A stretch of DNA of 64,000 nucleotides from an uncultured Verrucomicrobiae bacterium (GTDB lineage: Bacteria; Verrucomicrobiota; Verrucomicrobiia; Palsa-1439): contig CAWEWF010000006.1 of the NCBI GenBank assembly GCA_963812605.1, positions 352,001-416,000 on the forward strand, in the 5' to 3' direction. The position numbers were made by a program, and so were the translations under genes. The notes beneath the pieces were generated by a model. It was not told where the DNA came from, made no database searches, and saw nothing but the letters and a program-made list of their open reading frames with translations. This document shows, piece by piece, positions 53,721 through 63,782 of the stretch. Numbering within the stretch: position 1 is the stretch's first letter; each line of letters starts with the position of its first letter.

Positions 53721-55153
53721 AAACCCGGAATTCCATAGGACAGCAGGTTGGACGGAATGCAGCATCGCCAAATGCGGCGGTGCTGGTGATTGTGCTTTGG
53801 ATTGCCTTCGGCCTGGTGAGTATCGCCCTCTATTTTGGTCAATCAATGATGTTCAATCTCCAGGCGGCCGACAATTATGAAGCCAGCGTCGAGGCCGACC
53901 AGGCCATTGAGGGCGCGGCGCGCTACGTCAGCGCCGTTCTTACCAATCTTCAACAGCAGGTCCAGTCGCAGGGCACGAACATGCCCGGTGTCCTGGTCCT
54001 GCCGGGGGTCATTCAAGCGTACACGCCGCAATCGGGACAGACGCCGTTTACCCAAACGTATCAAAGCCAGGAAGTGCCGGTGGGGAACGCGCACTTCTGG
54101 CTGATCGGAAGAGATACGGGCGGGACTTCGAACGTCAATAGCGGTGTCCCGGTTTTCGCTCTCGTCGATGAAGCGTCGAAGTTGAACCTCAACACGGCGA
54201 CGTTGGACATGCTGGAAGCCCTGCCGTTCATGACGCCCGATTTGGCCGCTTCGATCCTGAACTGGCGGACCAACGCCACCACCACCATTGCGGGAGGCGC
54301 CAAATTGGAGTACGGGATGCTGAATCCGCCGTACACCTGCAAGAACGCCCCGTTCGAGACGGTTGACGAATTGAAACTCGTGATCGGCGCGACAACAGAT
54401 ATCTTGTACGGTGCGGACATCAACCTGAATGGCATCCTCGATGCGAATGAGAGCGTCCAGAATACTTTCCAGACCGGCGCCAACCTCGATAATGGATTGA
54501 ACGCGGGGATCCTCGAGTACGTCACCGTTTACAGCCGCGAACCCAATACGCAGATCGATGGCACTCCCCGTGTCAATATCAGCGCCCGTGGACAAGCTGG
54601 CTTGCGAACGGCGCTGCAGAATGCGTTGGGCTCCGACCGGGCCAGCCAGATCCTGCAGCAGGCCGGAAGAAACACCACGTATACCAGCGTGCTCCAATTC
54701 TATCTCACTAGCGGGATGACCGCCGACGAGTTCGCCCAGGTCGCCGACATGCTGACAGTGAGTGCTGATCCCTACGTTCAAGGACTGGTGAATGTGAATA
54801 CGGCTTCCGCCACGGTTCTGGCCTGCCTCCCCGGTATCGGGGTGAACAACGCGCCGGCGCTCATCACTTATCGACAGGCTCATCCCGATCAACTGGCCAC
54901 GGTGGCCTGGGTGGCCCAGGTTTTGGGGAACGACGCGGCCATCCAGGCGGGCCCGTATATCACCGCCAAAAGTTACCAGTTCAGCGCCGACGTGGCCGCC
55001 GTCGGTCATCACGGCCGCGGGTATCGGCGGACCGTGTTCGTGTTTGACACCAGTAGCGGAACGCCACAGATCACTTACCGCCGAGATTTGAATCAATTGA
55101 CCCGGGCGCTTGGCGCCGCCCGACAAAACTGGCAACTGACCGGGAACATGTGA
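53717..55153 (+). CDS. gspK: Minor pseudopilin K
   Basis: VLVIVLW; DEASKLNLNTA; PFETVDEL.LV.G; VNVNTA..VL.CLPG. Confidence 0.9.
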   Translation: MKTRNSIGQQVGRNAASPNAAVLVIVLWIAFGLVSIALYFGQSMMFNLQAADNYEASVEADQAIEGAARYVSAVLTNLQQQVQSQGTNMPGVLVLPGVIQAYTPQSGQTPFTQTYQSQEVPVGNAHFWLIGRDTGGTSNVNSGVPVFALVDEASKLNLNTATLDMLEALPFMTPDLAASILNWRTNATTTIAGGAKLEYGMLNPPYTCKNAPFETVDELKLVIGATTDILYGADINLNGILDANESVQNTFQTGANLDNGLNAGILEYVTVYSREPNTQIDGTPRVNISARGQAGLRTALQNALGSDRASQILQQAGRNTTYTSVLQFYLTSGMTADEFAQVADMLTVSADPYVQGLVNVNTASATVLACLPGIGVNNAPALITYRQAHPDQLATVAWVAQVLGNDAAIQAGPYITAKSYQFSADVAAVGHHGRGYRRTVFVFDTSSGTPQITYRRDLNQLTRALGAARQNWQLTGNM

Positions 55154-56604
55154 TGACACTGGATTTTCTTGCATCGCTGAAACCGCGCGGGTCTTCCCTG
55201 ATGGGATTGACCATCGAGGGGCGGCGACTCGAAGGGATCGTCCTTTCACGCGCCAAGGATTCTTTGGAGGCGGGCCAGCCCTTTGAAGTTCTGCTGTCAC
55301 TGGACCCCTTGACCAACGATCCGGAACTGGTTGGACAGGAAATTCGCAATCGACTCGATGAAGCCGGAGTGCGCGAAAGCCGGTGCGCGGTCGGCATTCC
55401 TTTGAATTGGGCGCTGACCCTTCCGGTAAAATTGCCGGAAATTCCCGAGGAAGATGTCCCCAGTTTCCTCAGTATCCAGGCCGAAAGAGGTTTTCCCTAC
55501 AGCCCGGAAGATTTGCGCGTGACGACATCGCGCTGCCATTCCGCCAAAGATGGGCAGTACGCCACTCTCGTGGCGATCCCCCGTGACTATTTGGCGCGCC
55601 TCGAGCAGGTACTCGTTGCCGCCCGGCTCAAACCGGTCAGTTTCTCGCTGCTTGTTACGGCTTTGCAATTGCCGTCCGCTGCGGAATCGGAAGGTGTCCT
55701 GTCCCTGGTGGTCGGTGAAAACAGGGTTGACCTCCAGATTACGTGCGGGGGTGGCGTCGTCGCGTTGCGCTCGCTGGAGGGAGCCATCGAGATCGAGAAC
55801 GGCCAGCGCCAGATTGATACGGATTTGCTGACCCGGGAGATCCGGTTGACGCTGGGGCAACTGCCGGCTGGGTTCCGCGAAGCCGTCACCAGGATTCGTG
55901 TCTTCGGACGCACGGAATGGACGCAACCGTTGGCCGACGAAATTGCGGCGATTGCCGGGCGCATGGGGTTGCCGGTGGAACTGCAGCCGATCGCCCAGGT
56001 GGACGGAGTTGGGGCGTTGGCTTCCATTCCAGAAAGTGCCCCGCCGGCACTGGTGATGGCGCTTCGTTCTTTGGAAGGCAATCCAACCGGTTTCGAGTTC
56101 CTGCCCCCGAAGGTCAGCCCATGGATGGAACTCGCGGCGCGGTTCTCTTCACGTCGCGTCTTTTGGTCGAGCGCGACGGCGGGCGCGGCCATCCTCCTGA
56201 TTTTGCTGGCCTTTCTGGTGCAGTATACCCGGCTTTCGATCCTCGAATCGCGCTGGCACGCCATCGAACCACGCGTCACGGAAATCGATGGCATGCAGCA
56301 AAACATCCGCAAGTTTCGCCCGTGGTTCGACAACTCAGCGCGCACGTTGACAATTCTCAAGAACCTCACCCAGGCCTTTCCGGAAGACGGCGTGGTTTCC
56401 GCGAAGACGCTCGAAATCAAGGATCTTTCGGAAGTCTCCTGCTCCGGCGTGGCGGATGACAACCAGGCTCTGTTGAAGTTGTTGGACCGACTGCGGGCCG
56501 CGCCTCACGTCGAGGACGTCAAGGTCCAGCAGGTCCGCGGCAAATCACCGCTGCAATTCACCTTCGACTTTCATTGGTCGGATGGAGCCACCCATGAAAA
56601 TTGA
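55150..56604 (+). CDS. gspL: GspL / PilM-PilN-like assembly protein
   Basis: Cytoplasmic actin-like region, one TM, C-terminal ferredoxin-like region; operon position. Confidence 0.7.
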   Translation: MMTLDFLASLKPRGSSLMGLTIEGRRLEGIVLSRAKDSLEAGQPFEVLLSLDPLTNDPELVGQEIRNRLDEAGVRESRCAVGIPLNWALTLPVKLPEIPEEDVPSFLSIQAERGFPYSPEDLRVTTSRCHSAKDGQYATLVAIPRDYLARLEQVLVAARLKPVSFSLLVTALQLPSAAESEGVLSLVVGENRVDLQITCGGGVVALRSLEGAIEIENGQRQIDTDLLTREIRLTLGQLPAGFREAVTRIRVFGRTEWTQPLADEIAAIAGRMGLPVELQPIAQVDGVGALASIPESAPPALVMALRSLEGNPTGFEFLPPKVSPWMELAARFSSRRVFWSSATAGAAILLILLAFLVQYTRLSILESRWHAIEPRVTEIDGMQQNIRKFRPWFDNSARTLTILKNLTQAFPEDGVVSAKTLEIKDLSEVSCSGVADDNQALLKLLDRLRAAPHVEDVKVQQVRGKSPLQFTFDFHWSDGATHEN

Positions 56605-57133
56605 GAATCGCCAAAAAGTGCTGACGATCGTGGCGATCAGCGCGGTGGCTGTGTTGGCCCTCGATCGGCTGGTTCTCACGCCGTTGGGCCGGGTGTGGCA
56701 AAAACGCTCCGAGCGGATTGCGGAATTGTCGAAGGACCTCAGCCAGGGCAAACTTCTGCTGGAGCGCGAGACGACGATCCGGAACCGCTGGTCAAACATG
56801 GCGAGCAACACCCTGCCCGTGAACCTGTCGATGGCAGAAAGCAAGGTCTTGAAGTCCGTGGATAATTGGACGCAAGACAGCGGGATCAGTTTCACTTCCA
56901 TCAAGCCCCAGTGGAAACAGAATGAGAACGACTACGTGACGCTGGAGTGCCGGGCCGATGCATTTGGAGACATGTCATCCCTGACTCGCTTTCTCTACGA
57001 TCTGGAGCGGGAACAGGCCTTGCGAGTGGAGGACGTTGAAATCTCCTCGCGGGATAACGATGGCCAACAACTTTCGCTCGGAGTGCGTTTTACCGGATTG
57101 GTCCTTACCGGAGAACCGGCGGAACAGCCATGA
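56594..57133 (+). CDS. gspM: GspM / PilO-like protein
   Basis: N-terminal TM, coiled coil, G.M..L.RFLY.LE. Confidence 0.7.
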   Translation: MKIENRQKVLTIVAISAVAVLALDRLVLTPLGRVWQKRSERIAELSKDLSQGKLLLERETTIRNRWSNMASNTLPVNLSMAESKVLKSVDNWTQDSGISFTSIKPQWKQNENDYVTLECRADAFGDMSSLTRFLYDLEREQALRVEDVEISSRDNDGQQLSLGVRFTGLVLTGEPAEQP

Positions 57134-57759
57134 AACATTCCGGGAAACGACGACAACGAATCGACAGGCTGGCGTGGCTTGTGCCTGCCTTCGCCGCGGC
57201 GTTGTCCTGCCTTCCCGCCGCGGTCGGCGCGGTCGATACGAGCAACACCTCGTCCGCCGTGTCCCTCCAGAATTTCAAAATCATTACGCAACGGAACATT
57301 TTCGACCCCAACCGCCAGGCAGACTCCGGGGAACGGGGCCGGAGGATCGATCCCAATCGGCTGGCGCGCGCGGAAGGCTTTTCCCTGGTGGGCACGTTGC
57401 TTGATAAGCGGGGTGAATTCGCTTTCTTCAGCGGTAGTGACTCGAAATACAAGAAGGTCCTGAAAGTAGCCGGCACCATCGCCGACTACAAGGTCACGGA
57501 AGTCGCGCCGGACCATGTCGAGCTGGAGAACAACGGCACGCAGGTCAAGATGACCGTCGGAATGCAGATGAAAAAACTTGATGCGGGAGAATGGCAGTTG
57601 GTGGATGGCACTGTGGCCCTGGCCAAAGTATCGGAGACTTCCGCTTCCGAAACAAAAGATACGGAAACTTCCAACGACGGACCCAGCACGGGCAACAGCA
57701 GCGCCGATGCGGTCCTTAAAAAGTTGATGCAACAGCGCGAAAAGGAGTTGAATAAATGA
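57130..57759 (+). CDS. GspC/PilP-like protein
   Basis: RNIFDPNR; LVGT...AFF; G.I..YKV.EV..D.V.L. Confidence 0.6.
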   Translation: MKHSGKRRQRIDRLAWLVPAFAAALSCLPAAVGAVDTSNTSSAVSLQNFKIITQRNIFDPNRQADSGERGRRIDPNRLARAEGFSLVGTLLDKRGEFAFFSGSDSKYKKVLKVAGTIADYKVTEVAPDHVELENNGTQVKMTVGMQMKKLDAGEWQLVDGTVALAKVSETSASETKDTETSNDGPSTGNSSADAVLKKLMQQREKELNK

Positions 57760-59384
57760 ACACCGTGAAAATCTACGTACTACTGCTTGGATTAAGCTGG
57801 GGCACCGTGACGCTGTCGTTCGGCCAAACAAATGATGCGCCGCGAGCGTCCGATCCCACGAACGGCCCCGCGGTCGAGCAGCCCAATGCTTCGCCCGCAG
57901 TCGCGGATCAACCGTCCACCAACGAGACGGCGGTTGCTGAGACTCCCAGTGAGGCGGCAACCGCCAGTGCGGCTGTTACAACGAATGAACCCGCAGGCGA
58001 TGATGAATTGCGCCTGAATTTCCGCGGCGCCCCGTTGGAAATGGTATTGGATTACCTCAGCAAAGCCGCCGGTTTCACCATCGTTTTGGAAACGGACGTG
58101 AAGGGCAAGGTGGATGTTTGGAACAACCATCCGCTCACCAAGGATGAGGCGGTCGCGGTGTTGGATTCCGCGTTGAATCGCAATGGCTACGCGGCGATTC
58201 GCAACGGGCGCACCCTGACGATCATGAGCCGGGACGAGGCGAAGAAACGCAACATCCCCGTCACGCCCGGCAGCAATCCCGAGGCGATCCCGAAGACCGA
58301 TGAAATGGTCACGCAAATCATCCCGGTCCGTTATGCCAATGTCTCTCAGTTGCTCAAAGACCTGGAACCTCTCAAACCCGCTTATGCCACCTTGACCGCG
58401 AACGACAGCGCGAACGCGCTGGTCTTGACCGATACACGGGCCAACGTCCGGCGCATGGTGGAAATCGTCAACGCGCTGGATACTTCCGTTTCCAGTGTTT
58501 CGACCGTGCGCGTGTTCCCGTTGAAATATGCGGATGCCAAGGATTTGGCGGCTGCGGTCAAGGAATTATTCCAATCACCCACCACCGGCCAGCAGCAAGG
58601 CAACAATGCGCGCCAGTTTTTCCGTGGCTTCGGCGGCGGTGGTGGTGGCCCCGGCGGCCAGGGCGGCGGCACAGACAATGCGGCGGCGCAACGAGTCGTT
58701 CCCCACGTCTCGGCGGTGGCGGACGACCGTAGCAACTCATTGGTCGTCAGCGCGCCGGACGAATACATCCCAACGATCGAGCAATTGGTCCGGGAAATCG
58801 ATGTCAGCGTCACGGACGTGACCGAATTGCGAGTATTCCATCTGGCCAATTGCGATCCGGTGGAGACAGCGGCGCTTTTTGCGCAGTTGTTCCCGGATGA
58901 CAGCCGGACAACTGACCAGAACCAGGCCGCCGTCCGTTTTCGTGGAGGATTCGGCGGCTTCTTCAACCAGGGAAACGTCCCGACCGTTCAGACGCCGACC
59001 AGCGACCGGATGAAGAAGAAAGGCGAGGTCATCGCGGTACCGGACCAGCGCACGTCGTCGGTCATTATTAGCGCCGCGGGCGATTTAATGCCCCAGATCG
59101 CCGCCATGATCGAGCAGCTCGACGGCAATTCATCCAAGAAACAAAGCGTCTATGTCATCCCTCTGGAAAACGCGGAAGTTACCGATGTCCTGCCCGTGTT
59201 GCAGGATATGTTCAACAAGAATAACAACACGTCCAAGAGCAGTGCTTCGAGCCAGAATGACCAGAATAACGCGCTCAATGCCCGAGCCACCCGGAACAAC
59301 CAGCAATCGACAACCGCCGCCGGCACAGGGATGCGCACCGGTGGTGTCGGCGGGGGCGGAGCCGCCGGCGGAGGCGGATTCTAA
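57756..59384 (+). CDS. Secretin N-domain-only protein (N0 plus N repeats, no barrel)
   Basis: Signal peptide; LNFRGAPL..VL; repeats IPVRYANV, FPLKYADA, FHLANCDP, IPLENAEV; Gly-rich tail then stop. Confidence 0.88.
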   Translation: MNTVKIYVLLLGLSWGTVTLSFGQTNDAPRASDPTNGPAVEQPNASPAVADQPSTNETAVAETPSEAATASAAVTTNEPAGDDELRLNFRGAPLEMVLDYLSKAAGFTIVLETDVKGKVDVWNNHPLTKDEAVAVLDSALNRNGYAAIRNGRTLTIMSRDEAKKRNIPVTPGSNPEAIPKTDEMVTQIIPVRYANVSQLLKDLEPLKPAYATLTANDSANALVLTDTRANVRRMVEIVNALDTSVSSVSTVRVFPLKYADAKDLAAAVKELFQSPTTGQQQGNNARQFFRGFGGGGGGPGGQGGGTDNAAAQRVVPHVSAVADDRSNSLVVSAPDEYIPTIEQLVREIDVSVTDVTELRVFHLANCDPVETAALFAQLFPDDSRTTDQNQAAVRFRGGFGGFFNQGNVPTVQTPTSDRMKKKGEVIAVPDQRTSSVIISAAGDLMPQIAAMIEQLDGNSSKKQSVYVIPLENAEVTDVLPVLQDMFNKNNNTSKSSASSQNDQNNALNARATRNNQQSTTAAGTGMRTGGVGGGGAAGGGGF

Positions 59385-59428
59385 CCATGATCGAATTCTC
59401 TGACAAACAGAACACCGCAAGGCGAAAT

Positions 59429-60611
59429 ATGATAAACAAGGTTTGGCAGCCAAAAAAAGTTCTCGTCGGGATCGTCAGCTTCTGGATGTGTGCCGTGCTC
59501 CAGGTTCGTGCGCAAGGGCAACAGCAGTTGCAGCCGCGACCAGCCGCGGCGTCTTCCTCGACCGCTGGCAGCCGGCCGTATGTTCCCAATGGAACGATCG
59601 GTGACGCGGTGATCTCCAGCGACCCGGATACCAAGCAGATCACAGTCATCGCCGACGAGGAAACCGCTGGGTATATCAAGCAAGTGATCAGCGGGTTGGA
59701 TCGCCCGAAGCCCCAGGTACTGATCAAAGTTGTTTTCCTGGAAGTGGAATACGACAACGCTTCCGACATTGGCGTTGAGGGCAACATCACCGGCAAGCTC
59801 CGGGTCCATGACCGGTACAGCCTCGAATATTTTCGGCCTTCTTTCATCGGGCGCCTCCCCGGTGCCGCCGGGCGCCGGGCTTTATACTGTCCTGGGAAAT
59901 GATTTTTCGGCCACCCTGCGGTTGATTGCATCGGCGGGGAAAACGGAAATCCTTTCCCGTCCTTCAATCCTTGCCCGAAATAACCAGCAGGCCACAATCA
60001 CGCTTGGCCAACAGGTCCCCTTGATCACCAGCACACGGTTTGATACGCTGGGCAACCAGATCAACTCCGTCACCTACCAGAATGTCGGGATTATCCTGCA
60101 AGTGACCCCGTTCATCACGCCGGAGGGATTTGTGGAAATGATCGTCTCGCCGCAAACTTCAGAACTTGCTGATCGATCGCAGTGGGTTCCCATCTCGAGT
60201 GGACCCAGCGGTTCCATTAGCGCCCCCGTGATTAACACACGGTCGGCGGACACCGTGGTGGTTGTTCCGGACGGGCAAACATGCATTATTGGTGGGTTGA
60301 TGGAAAATCAGCGCGTTAGTTCCGACAGCAAGATCCCGATCCTGGGCGACATTCCCCTCATCGGCAATGCGTTTAAGCGCCAAACAAAAACTTACACCAA
60401 AACCGAACTCATCATCTTCCTGACCCCGCACATCGTTGCGAACCCTGTGCAACTTGTCGGGTTGTCCGCAAGGGAGAAGGCAAACGCGCAATTGGCCCCC
60501 AAGGCATTTACGGAACAGGAACTGGACCGTTTTCTGGACACCGTGCCCGTAAAGGGTAAGACCAATAGTATGAATCGGGCTGGCACCCAGCCCACGAAGA
60601 GCGCGCAATAA
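59429..60611 (+). CDS. gspD: Secretin C-domain protein with its own signal peptide (frameshift near 59810)
   Basis: KKVLVGIVSFWMCAVLQVRA; LDRPKPQVLIKV..LEV; LSRPSI..NNQ.A.I..GQ.VP; VGIIL.VTP; GGL..KIPILGDIP.IG.AF; ELIIFLTPHI. Confidence 0.9.
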
Positions 60612-62171
60612 ATGGCCGAATCCGAAGCGACTTTTACCTCGCGCATCCGGCGGCGGACTCCGCTCGTCTACGGTTTTCTGCTGGCGGCCTGGGCCACGAT
60701 CATCATCTGGCAGGTCCTGGAATACCGTTGGGTCAAGGAGTCCGCGCGGACAACACTAATCAACCGATCCCGAGACATCGCCGCAACGCTGAGCATCGTC
60801 ATTCGGTCGCAGCGGCGCTTCGGGGGAATTGTCTCCCAGGAACGCCTGGAATCCGCGTTGAATGAACTCGCAAAATCCGGCGAACTCATCTCGGTCGCGC
60901 TCTTAAATGCCTCGGGCTACGTGGTGGCCTTCGCGGGCAAACCCCTTGATTTCGAAACGACGGATGCGGCCCAGCAGGCGGAACGGTGGAACGACCGGAG
61001 CGTCACCCTTGTGAATCTGATCGATTTGGGCGCAAGCGTGACGCCAGCCGGCGAAACCAATCGCCCGACAATCATTCTGCCGCGACGGGATGCGACAAAT
61101 GTCGTTCGCAATGTCGAGAGAGGAATCGAACGCGGCGAGCCCCGTATGGGCGATCCACCGTTCCAACGCCCTGCCGACAGCGGGATCACCAACAACACGA
61201 CGACGAACACGGTCGAGCGGGCCGAAGGTCCCAGGGATCGCGGAGGCCGCCCACGGTTCGGACGACCATTTTGGATGGATGAGAAAGAGTACCAGGAGTT
61301 GAGCAAGACGCGCGGGCTCCATCATTTGGTGATCGCCATGTCCACCGAGTCTTTTCGCACCGCGTCCCTGCGGGATCTCTGGCTGCGGTTTATCATCGGC
61401 TTTCTGGCGACGGTCGCCGTCGTCGGTATCGGACTGGCCTGGCAGAATCTCGTCAAAACCTCCGAATTGCAGGTGTACCTGCTGCGCGCCAGCGAACTGA
61501 ACTCCCACTTGCGGGAGATGAACGTGGCCGCGGCCGGTCTCGCCCATGAAACCCGCAATCCACTGAATATCGTTCGCGGCCTGGCGCAAATGATTTCCAA
61601 GGAACCCGCCACGCCGGAGGAAATTCGGGATAAATCACTCCAGATCGCCGATGAGGTGGATCGGGTGACCGCGCAATTGAACGAATTCATCAACTATTCC
61701 CGGCCGCGTGAAGTGCGACGGTCGGCGGTCGCCCTGGATTCGGTGATCCGCGATGTGGTCCGCGCGCTCCAAAGCGACCTCGATGACAAAGATATCGAAC
61801 TAACGATCGACGACGAGGGCCTTACCGTGGAAGCGGACGCGCAGTTGCTTCGCCAGGTCATCTTTAATCTGCTGATCAACAGCATCCAGGCCCTCCCGTC
61901 GCACGGGGAGATCCAAATCGTTTCCCGAAAAAGCAGCGCCACAGAGGCGCAGCTCGATGTTCGGGACAATGGCCCGGGCGTTTCACGCGAGCACCGCAAT
62001 GAAATCTTCAAGCCATACTTCACCACCCATCCGAAGGGGACGGGATTGGGGCTGGCGGTCGTCCAGCAAATTGTTCTCGCGCACGGATGGGAGATTCAAT
62101 ATATCCCCAAGGAACCGAACGGAGCGATTTTTCGTCTCAGTCGCCTGAAACTCTCTTCGAAGACGGGATGA
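60612..62171 (+). CDS. Membrane sensor histidine kinase, ZraS/AtoS-like
   Basis: 2 TM; AAGLAHETRNPL; NLLINS; DNGPG; PYFTT..GTGLGL. Confidence 0.93.
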   Translation: MAESEATFTSRIRRRTPLVYGFLLAAWATIIIWQVLEYRWVKESARTTLINRSRDIAATLSIVIRSQRRFGGIVSQERLESALNELAKSGELISVALLNASGYVVAFAGKPLDFETTDAAQQAERWNDRSVTLVNLIDLGASVTPAGETNRPTIILPRRDATNVVRNVERGIERGEPRMGDPPFQRPADSGITNNTTTNTVERAEGPRDRGGRPRFGRPFWMDEKEYQELSKTRGLHHLVIAMSTESFRTASLRDLWLRFIIGFLATVAVVGIGLAWQNLVKTSELQVYLLRASELNSHLREMNVAAAGLAHETRNPLNIVRGLAQMISKEPATPEEIRDKSLQIADEVDRVTAQLNEFINYSRPREVRRSAVALDSVIRDVVRALQSDLDDKDIELTIDDEGLTVEADAQLLRQVIFNLLINSIQALPSHGEIQIVSRKSSATEAQLDVRDNGPGVSREHRNEIFKPYFTTHPKGTGLGLAVVQQIVLAHGWEIQYIPKEPNGAIFRLSRLKLSSKTG

Positions 62172-62183
62172 CAACCGGAGCGC

Positions 62184-63591
62184 ATGCCACAAAACACCAA
62201 CCACCCATCCTCCAGCGCAGGCCGCATCCTGATCGTCGACGACGATGCCGGCCAGCGCAGCCTCCTGAGTTCGTTTTTGAACGGCCAAGGGTTCGAGACC
62301 GTGCCAGTCTCCTCGGGCGAAAGTGCGCTCGAAGTCCTGGGCGAACAGGAATTCGCCATGATGATTACCGATGTGCGGATGCCCGGCATCTCCGGCCTCG
62401 AGACGCTGCGACGTTTGCGAAAGGTGCGCCCCGCCCTGCCCGTCCTGCTCGTCACTGCCTATGCGGACATCCGCGACGCGGTCGTGGCGATGCGTGATGG
62501 CGCGGTGAATTACCTGGAAAAGCCGATTGATTTGGATGAATTGCTGGCCTCCGTTCGGACCGCCGTCGGCCTTGATGGCGCGGTGGCTCCGACGGTGACG
62601 GAAGAACGGCCGTTGCCCAAAGGCGTCGTCGCCAGCAGCCGGCTCATGCAAGCCGTCTTTCGCGACACGTCGCTGGTCGCTTCCTCCGAAACCCGGATCC
62701 TGCTCGACGGGCGAGAGTGGCGTCGGCAAGGAAGTGATCGCCGAAGTCATCCACGCGTGGAGTCCTCGAGCCGCCGGTCCCTTCGTCAAAGTGAATTGCG
62801 CGGCCATTCCGGAAACCCTCCTGGAAAGTGAACTCTTTGGCCACGAGAAGGGCGCCTTCACGGGCGCGTACACCCAGCGCATCGGGCGTTTCGAGGAAGC
62901 GAATCAAGGGACTATTTTCCTCGATGAAATTGTCGAGATGTCTTCGCCGCTGCAGGCAAAATTGCTGCGCGTCCTCCAGGATGGGCGATTTCAACGGGTG
63001 GGCTCCAACAAGGAATTGCATACGGACGCGCGCATTCTCGCGGCCACCAATCGCGACCTGGAAGAGGTCGTCGCCAATGGGGAATTCCGCGAGGATCTGT
63101 ACTACCGGCTCAATGTGATGGAGATCCACGTTCCGCCGCTTCGTGAACGTCCGGAGGACATTTTGCCGCTGGCGACTTTGTTTCTCGGGCAGTTTACCGA
63201 TCACAAGGCGAAGTTTTCGCCGGGTGTCGCGCGCTTTCTGGAGGCGTACAAATGGCCCGGCAATGTACGGGAATTGCGCAACGCGATTGAACGGGCGGTA
63301 TTGATGTCGCACGGCAACCTGATTCTGCCCGAACACTTCCCCGCCCGTGTCCAGGAAGATTCGACGAAGTCCACGGAAAGACTGACCCTTCAGGCCAGCC
63401 GCTTGGAAGACCTCGAACGGGAAGCGATTCTCCTTGCCCTGCGCGAGCACAGTTTTAACCGCACCGAGACCGCCAAGGCGCTGGGCCTGAGCCGTCGAGC
63501 CCTGCTCTACAAGCTCCATCGGCTGCGTGAGCTCGGATTTCCAGTCGATCCGCCGGCAGCCGGTGCCGCGAAAGATGCACCAGCTACATGA
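62184..63591 (+). CDS. NtrC/ZraR-family sigma54 activator (frameshift near 62707)
   Basis: Receiver; GESGVGKE (across frameshift); GAFTGA; FLDEI; REDLYYRL; WPGNVREL; Fis HTH. Confidence 0.95.
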
Positions 63592-63782
63592 GTCGTTCCC
63601 CCGTTGGGTGCGTTCGCCATCTTCCATAAATTGCTTTCGCGGTTACCGATGGATCTCATCCGCGCATTTGCCGGTTTCAAAAAACCTGTTGCCCTCCGGG
63701 GCATGGCTGTGGCACTAAGAATGGTCAGCGCGTTGCGGAACACACCGTCCGCCAAACGTGACGACGGGCCGAGGTTATCAAT

